Shown one piece after another: positions 55,649 to 64,000 of a DNA stretch of 64,000 bases. A program made the position numbers and the translations under genes. Position 1 is the stretch's first letter. Each line of letters opens with the position of its first letter. Location: assembly GCA_030141605.1 (NCBI GenBank), contig JAQGDQ010000111.1:549622-613621 (forward strand), written 5' to 3'. Under the pieces are notes generated by a model. It was not told where the DNA came from. It was given only the letters and a program-made list of their open reading frames with translations, and searched no databases. Origin of the DNA: Tubiluchus corallicola. Its lineage: Eukaryota; Animalia; Priapulida.

Positions 55649-57424
55649 GGCTTGTGACAATTTTTTCTTTGTTACTTTTCTACCGAGCAAATTTATTTGT
55701 TTTGGAAGTAAGAAGCGTCGTTTTAGCTTGTTAGTTTACAGAAAATGTCACAGCATCGTAGTTGTAGGAGCTGTTGTTATTATACATTGTTTAGCTTATA
55801 CATAATCTTAATAAATTGTGTGTATACCTAACTTTATATTTAGGCGCGACAGTTAATTTTTATAAATTTTAAATTTCTTTATACAGGATGCTAGTCGAAA
55901 GTTGACCATCTAGCCTTGTTAGAATGCATTATTGTACTTCTCAATGTTCAATATTTAATATTAATGATCTGAAAATGTAGTTTGACATTTGTCTGAACCA
56001 AAATTGTGTAGCAATGACAGGCCCAGGGGCTCCTAAACTTTCATTTAAATTTTTGGGCAAAATTATTGATAGTTTTGAAGTGTGTACCTCCATCACAAAC
56101 TGACAAAATCATAAAATTTAACATAATATATGAATTACACCCGTCACATTGCGAAATGGAAGTCATCCAGTAACTCAAGTTGAAGGTAAACTCCTAATTT
56201 ATTTTGCAAGTTTGTGAATAATAAGTGCAGATAGATCCACTGTCTGTCCGCTCGCGCAGATTGTCTGTTTATCTGTTTGTCGGTTGAGTGCTAAATCGTT
56301 AAAGTTGACTTAAATAATTCAGTTGTCTGGTCAAGATCAAGTGCGAACTTGTTAACTGGCCCATACACGTCATTCTGTTATTAAATTTTCATCTAATTTT
56401 CATATTATTTTTATGACTTTTCGTATTTACAGCAAAACCCGACCCAATCTTGAACTGTAAGTCAAAATAATCCACTCTTTAAAATATGAAAAAGAAACAT
56501 ACTATTTTTTCCATAATGCCAAACATGAAAGAATTATTACCACACAAATGCAATTTCGCGTTCAGGTCACTAACTCTTCGCTATTACACGTATTTCGCCA
56601 TTCTCTAGTTGGACGGACTCTAGCGCCTGCATTTTGAAAACGCGTTGCACAAAAAACAGATGCTATACCTCCCAGGTCAGATGTGTTAGTTCGTGACGAA
56701 GTACACACAGCTTATGCGTGAGCACAGCGGTAAATTTGAAATTTGAATTTTTATCTTAAAACTTTCCGAGTTACATTACAATACACGGAATCTCCTACAG
56801 TAGTGCTGTACTTCCATTTTCTCTTTCACAAACGCGTGCAACACGCCCAAGGAATGTTTTTGCTATTGAAAATTAGGTTCGTTTGTGATGCCATCAATAG
56901 TTATGCTCGCCCGCCATTAGTTAACGTTTTAACCTATTATTTAACTATTAGAAACGGTTTTCCTGTATTATTGGTGTAAAAATGTATACTTTTTTTTTAC
57001 CGTACTTGAAAATGGGATAGCATATGAAAAATCATCCTGTCTTCCTTTAAAAACCTCATCAAAATGGTCTAATAATTTGTCGCTAATTTTGGTTGTGACT
57101 TTGTTTAATAAAAGAAAAAAATAATGAAAAATCTTCGCTTCAAAATTGCAAAGGAATTTATCCTTCACTTCTCAACTTTTCTACTTTTTCTCAAACAAGA
57201 AACGTGTGTAAGAATCTCAAGGTTGCTAAAGTCACACTTTTCTTGGTTCGTCATAAATTAAACAAATTTGCATTTAACGCCCGAAAAACATGCACTTCAG
57301 AACTGGTCAAATGTTTTTCTTTTCTTGTAGAAAAAATGAACTTACGAGAGCCTTTTGAAAAACCTGATGAAGTTGCTATAGGTGCTACAGCCATAAAAGT
57401 AAAGCTAATGAGCGTGACTCATCG

Positions 57425-57795
57425 AGTGAATAATGGAATATAAATGAACGAATAAATAAATGTATGAATGAGTTAATTGACGAACGAATTAATGAGTAAA
57501 TGAGGAAGAATGAGTGAGTAATAAATAAACGAATGAATGAATGAATTAATTAACGAACAAACGAACGAACGAACGAAGCGAACGAACGAACGAACGAACG
57601 AATGAATGAACGAACGAATAAATGAATGAGTGAATGAATGAACCAATAGATGGATAAATGAAGGAATGAAGGAGTGAGAGAATGAACGAACAAATGAATG
57701 CACAAACAAACGAACGAAGTGATCAATCGAACAAATAAACCATCAAATTCACATATCGACAAATCAACGAATGAACAAATAGACACAAATAATAA
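57425..57795. repeat. Degenerate (GAAT/GAAC)n tract
   Basis: Tetranucleotide repeats visible directly. Confidence 0.85.
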
Positions 57796-58828
57796 ACCTA
57801 TGCTTTTCTGTAAACGTTGAATTGATCACACCTTACTGCCATGGACACTAGATAAACATTTTAGGCGACTTGTAATTAAAATGATTGCTTAAATTAGAGG
57901 TTAAATAGTTACTATGTCATGATCCTTCAACACAGGTCAATGTCTAAGATAGGGGACTGTCTTTAATTTATTTTCCTATATTGTTCTTCAAAATATGTGA
58001 CATCTGTGGTATTGTTTAATTAACACATTCATCAATTGATTATTTGCAATTTTATTTCATGCTTACATAAAGCGAATGAAATAAAGTAGTTGTCATTTAG
58101 TCAGTCAGTCAATCAGTTAGTCAGTAAATCATTACGAAAGTAGTGCTTTGTATGGGAATTTTGATGGGTATAAATGCATTAAAAAATTTCCTGTTACCAA
58201 AAATACAAGAAAACGATACGCTTATTTTTAAATTTTTGTTCAAAAAATCGATTTATTTCCTTGTTTTTCAATAATTCTAAAATGCAGGGGGCACTAATAA
58301 TGCAGCTACTTGGAAGGATAATTATGTTCACTGCTAGAAACTGAAGCAAGGTTACAGAGTGTTCAAAAAGTAAATACTCTTTGAGTACCCTGACTGATAT
58401 GAGAGAGTTCTTTCGATGGTTTTAAGTTTTTAACACTTACATTTTGTTTCTGTAACTACGCATGCGCTGCAGCCAGCCGGTGGTTGTAGTGGGAAAACTG
58501 GACCCCGGGCAGCGACCATGCGTTACATTTTTGCCATTGTTCTACTGACCAACTGAGTATAATGCACGGGTCAGTCACCTGGTCACTTCCGGTAAATCGT
58601 AACTCGAAATCGTAATTCGAAAATCACGTCAAAGAGGGGTCAGGAGGTTGGGGGGCGAGTCATCGCTATTATTTTCACGTTACGGTGCTTTACAAGTCAT
58701 TACATTACGTAATTATAATTACTAAGTGCTTAAGTTAATTATCGGGTATTGCTTAGTTTAACATATGCATCATTCAAATGCACCAAAACACCAGTATTGC
58801 TCATGTGGGCATTATCGTGAAAGAGCGA

Positions 58829-58832
58829 CTTT

Positions 58833-58887
<55 letters not shown>

Positions 58888-59026
58888 TTCTCTCTCTTCT
58901 ATCTTTCTCTCGTTCTCTCTCTCTTTCTTTCTTTCTCCCTCTCTAACTCTCTCCTCTCTCTCTTTTTCTCTCTCTCCCCCCTCTCTCTCTCTCTCTCACT
59001 CCCTCTCTCTTTCTCTGTCTCTCTCT

Positions 59027-59076
<50 letters not shown>

Positions 59077-59185
59077 AGAAAGAAAGATAACAAGGAAGAA
59101 AAGCGAGGGGTAAAGAGGAAAGAGGAAGTAGGAAAATCGTTTATGTCAGAGAATGAAAGAGTGTGTTGGAGACAGAAAGAGAGAT

Positions 59186-59249
<64 letters not shown>

Positions 59250-59352
59250 AATAGATAGAGAAAGAGAAAAAGAGGGCGGAGTAAAAAGATAACAAATGAA
59301 AGTTAGCAAAAGGAAAAAAGGACAGAAGAGGAGAAAAAATGAGAGAAAGTGT

Positions 59353-59409
<57 letters not shown>

Positions 59410-59450
59410 GAGGCAGAGAATGAGAGTCAAGAGAATGGGATGAGAGAGAC
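58829..59450. repeat. (CT)n tract followed by (GA)n tracts
   Basis: Pyrimidine tract 58829-59076 switches to a purine tract 59077-59450. Confidence 0.95.
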
Positions 59451-61753
59451 GCAGCTACGTGGACTCTGCGTTTTTTGTATCTATTGCGTAAAAGTAATTA
59501 TACACTAGCACGTTAACTAGTGCAGAAAGTCAAATTGCTAATGAGGGCAACAAGTTGTTGTCACCACCAATTAAAAGTTTTACAGTATGTTCATTTTTCA
59601 AAATTGCCAATTGGTTCTCTATATTTTTCTGCTTAACCGACTTTCAACTTAATTTGTTACATAATTATAGCATAGAAAAGACTTGACTCTGAGTCAGTCA
59701 GTCAACAAGTCAGTGAGTAAGTCAATCAAAGAGTCAGGTAGACCACAGATACTCAAACTTATATGCACACTATTACATGACAACTGTTACTTAAAAATAT
59801 AGATCTTCCAATAAAGTATAAATTTTACGTAATTGTATGGAACACGTGAAATATCGAATATTAATAAGCGTTTCATAGTAGGCCTGCGTTTTTAACCAAT
59901 TTTAACAAATGGCAATCAAAATACCATTGAAAAGCAAATGTACATGCATTAACAAAGTTCAGGGTTTGGGGTTTTTTGTTACTGAAGCGTAAAAACAAGT
60001 TTCTGTTGTTTTTAGATACATTTAAGATTTTTTTACTCATTTATTTGCTTATTCATCTATTTATTTATTTACTTAACACTTCAGGTCACAATACGGTTAA
60101 TGACACTTCCCTCCACGTTTCTATTTTTTTAAATGGTTAATTTTTAGAGGTAGTTTTTCACTTTATAAAACTTGAATTGTTACTTACGAAAGCCATTAGT
60201 GAGTCATTTTTATTATACCTAAATAAATTTAATGGTTGAAGGTATACAGGCCTTTTGCTTTGGCGCAAAAACATTCCAAGTTCTTAGCCGTCTTTGGGTC
60301 ACTTAATTGTGCCTATGCACACACTTTTGTACGGCTAGAACCAATAAACTCTTTTATTTAGTCTCGTGGAGTCGTTCGATTAAAAGAGTCCAAGTCAGTG
60401 AAACTTATTTGACTGAAACTTGACTTCTCAAACATGCTAGCTCAAAAAACTGTGCTGGGTTTTGTAGAAAGTCGTTCTACTGTGACAGAAACGTGTGTCA
60501 CTGGCCTAAACTCTAGAATTCTTAAACAATGAAACAAATTTTAGCGATAAGCAAGCTTGAAATAAATTTTGCTCCGATTAATAAAAAACAACCTATGAGA
60601 TTTTGATTTCTTTTTTACTGGTAAAGACTCTTGATGTTAAAAGTTGTATCCCGTAGTACTAGAGGCGCTTTTTTGTATGCGCATGCGTAAGACTAAAATA
60701 AGAAATGGAACTTGTTTTTTTGCTTCTTTAACTTGAATTGAAAAACGTAGTTTTTCTTGTTGATGTAGTTTAGCTTTAAATACGGCTTTGAATATCCGTA
60801 TTTTTTTATTAATTGAGCGTTAAAATGAATAGCTAATTCAAATTGCTTACAAGTAATAACTAAACTTTATAATTTTTTCCTAAAAACTAAAAAGCAGCCA
60901 TTTATTCAACAATTCATTCGTTGCATGTATTCCTACAAAATAATTCAATTTCGTGTAAAAAGTAGCCTCCGGTTCGATGATTCCGTCAATTGCTCTTCTC
61001 ACGTTGAGTGCTATTTAAATCACTAGCATAAAAACACATAAAACAACCTTTTCTTCTGGAAACACAATTTTCTGCTAAACTAGCCACTTATTCCATTATT
61101 CTTGAACCGAAACCACTCAACTCTCACTCAATACAAAATGGCTAATTGAGGGCGGATCCACGCAACATCAAAACATATCATATAAGCTTGTTCAGGCTCG
61201 TAACATTGATGATTATCAATTAACATATTACATGTCAGCTCTCGAACACACCGGCTGGTATGTGGTAAGCTCAACCTAATATGTCAAATTGTAAATTGTA
61301 AATTATGATGATCTAGATAATATTCAGGCTTAACCGGAACTAGATATTGTTGTTAGCATTGATAGTTATTATCATAGGTGTGAGATAACAGTTTGCTTGA
61401 ACCGTTATTTCATTTTTAATTTATCAGACCTAGGTAGGTTTACTTTTTACTTATTTTTATTTGATTAAAAGTTCTTTATACAGGGAATTTTTTATAACTA
61501 AAATAGAACATCTTGCTACAAATTAGTCCAGTAATCCATCGTAACATCCAATCTGTGACTTTTCATCTTGTTTTTGTATATGAGGCTTTCTTGTAAGTTT
61601 AAAATCTTATGTTCTTATGTAGTTCTCCAAAAATTTAGTTATATTGTGTCTGTTCTTAAATCTCACCGTGATAAGTATCAGTTTATCTCTTAACAGAGAT
61701 TTTGGAGTAGATTCTTCCAAGGTTTCAGAGATTTTTTTGCACATGCAGAGGAG

Positions 61754-62112
<359 letters not shown>

Positions 62113-63064
62113 AGAGGAGTTAATACATTTAAATACTATGTGTTTACGTACTAGAGGAGTACGAAATGTCTTCTCTTATTTGAAATTCTGTGGACTTATA
62201 TCTCAGGTAAATGTTTACTTTATATTTTCCTGTGAAATGGTTATTGAACCAATTTTAATATATGTATTACATGCATGAAATTGTTTTGTTTTTCAATCAA
62301 TAATATAATTAATGTAGTAATCTCCTATGCTACATTGCCATATTTATTTATTTATTTGTCTTTGTTTTACTTTTGTTGTCGTGTGCATCAGTGGTTTGCA
62401 TTTTGCATATTGAATGTTTTGTAACATGATTTCGATTTTCATGAAAATGGTAACGGTATTCTTGGATTTTTATAATTGTAATAATGATAATTAGCTTAAT
62501 ATTATTGCATTGATAGTTAGTTATGATCTTGCATGAGTTATTGGTTTACTAAATACAAATGCGTTCATAAAATGCATGCGCGTTTCATCTTGCTAACGAA
62601 CATACTGGTTATGTTCAGAGTCTACGGTTGAGTATATATTAGGCCTAATTATTAACTTTTAAAAGGTCTTGATTCACACTGTTCTGGATCCGCCACTGAC
62701 TTTTCAATACGAAAGCAATAACGCACAATTAGCCAGGTCGCATTTAAGTCCACCAGCGTGATTGCCTCTAATGGGTTTCCCTCCTCTTTTGTCTGCAACA
62801 CTTTCTACCAAAAGTGTAAATAACACAAAAGTGTTTACGACGGCTTTCTAACTTGTTTTCCTGTTATTATTTGAAAATTGTCGTTTTGCTTCGGTAATCT
62901 TTTGCACGTTTTTCTTTTCTTTTGTTGGTGAAAAAATACACTTACTGTTGCCAACTTACACTTGTCTGCATGCAGTTTAGCACGTCTGCAATCATCAATA
63001 ACTGCAGTCGCCAGTTTCACATTTTTCGAATATCTTCATATATTACGTATTCACTATTATTTAT

Positions 63065-63095
<31 letters not shown>

Positions 63096-64000
63096 GTTTA
63101 TCTCACATCTAGTTTTTATCTACAATCTAGGGACCAATCAATCGAGAGCTCTTTTGCAGTTATAATGATGTGATTATCACAGTGCTGCTAAAACGGTTAT
63201 TTGTACCATTTTGTAATAAGTACTGTACGGTTGCACACTTTAAGTGTTGCACTCTTATAAGCCACGTGGTATTTTCTCTAGTGAACTTTCTTGCACACAC
63301 ATAAATCATCTGACAAATCTCATAAGCACTGATTGCTACTTCTCTTTACAAAAAGAGGTGTTCGTTCTTACTCTGTCAGAACTAGGAGAGGTGCGATGCT
63401 TGTAAAAGAGTTCAAAAGCACCAAAATCATCTTTATCTTTATTATTATAAAATTTTCTTTCTCAACGCCATGATTTGAAATAAACAAGTGCCATCACGTA
63501 CTTATTGTTTTCTCAAATGATATATTTACTTCTATCTTTATTTCTTGTAATAAAATACAATTTTACACAAGCATCCTTGGGTCTTTTGAAAATGAGAAAT
63601 GTGTTGCACTTATTTTCTTCTCAAGAAAAGATTTCCAGATTTTAAAACTACTAGTGATTTCGGCCATACGCTTACAATTGCATAAAAATTGCAATGTTGT
63701 CAAGTTGTTGTGGGACCTCCACACGGTAATATCATTAGTCCTTCGTTGTTTAAACGATAAATAGGATGTTTTCCGAGCTTTGAAAATGCTGCATTGTTGG
63801 CTCACTGTTCTGATTGTGTGGCTTTAGGTACTGATGTTGGTGTCACGAGTAAAAACTCACTTATTTTATTTCTGGCCTTTTGTTCACTCAAGCGCTATGG
63901 AGTCACATTTGAGTGTTATATCATCTTAACCGTGTGTGGTTACTTTATCATGTTTATACTGGACTGGGCCACTGCACAAAACTGACTTGAGGTTTTGCTA

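Overview
AT-rich, intron-rich animal DNA, probably from a non-insect invertebrate. No prokaryotic systems are present, and most ORFs in the supplied track are artefacts of microsatellites or single exons. Three protein-coding genes were assembled by hand from splice sites and translation. (1) A complete 8-exon Wnt2-subfamily gene on the + strand (681/723..11189). (2) A complete 12-exon mitochondrial processing peptidase beta / complex III core-1 gene (PMPCB-like, 477 aa) on the - strand (25911..12474), tail-to-tail with Wnt2. (3) The first coding exon of a Bicaudal-D (BICD) dynein adaptor on the + strand (52484..52825), whose next exon I could not find in this window. The rest is intronic or intergenic DNA with MITEs (hAT-, Harbinger- and Tc1/pogo-like), decayed LINE fragments (RTE, CR1/L2), a minisatellite and many microsatellites. 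The most notable object is an intact chimeric retroposon in PMPCB intron 7 (17570..18055): a full-length 5S rRNA head, a GC-rich body and an RTE-LINE 3' end, flanked by a perfect 12-bp target-site duplication, i.e. a candidate new SINE3 family. Also notable are a triplicated exon end and splice donor in PMPCB, interdigitated poly(A) signals of Wnt2 and PMPCB, a NAGNAG acceptor in Wnt2 and an in-frame uORF before BICD.
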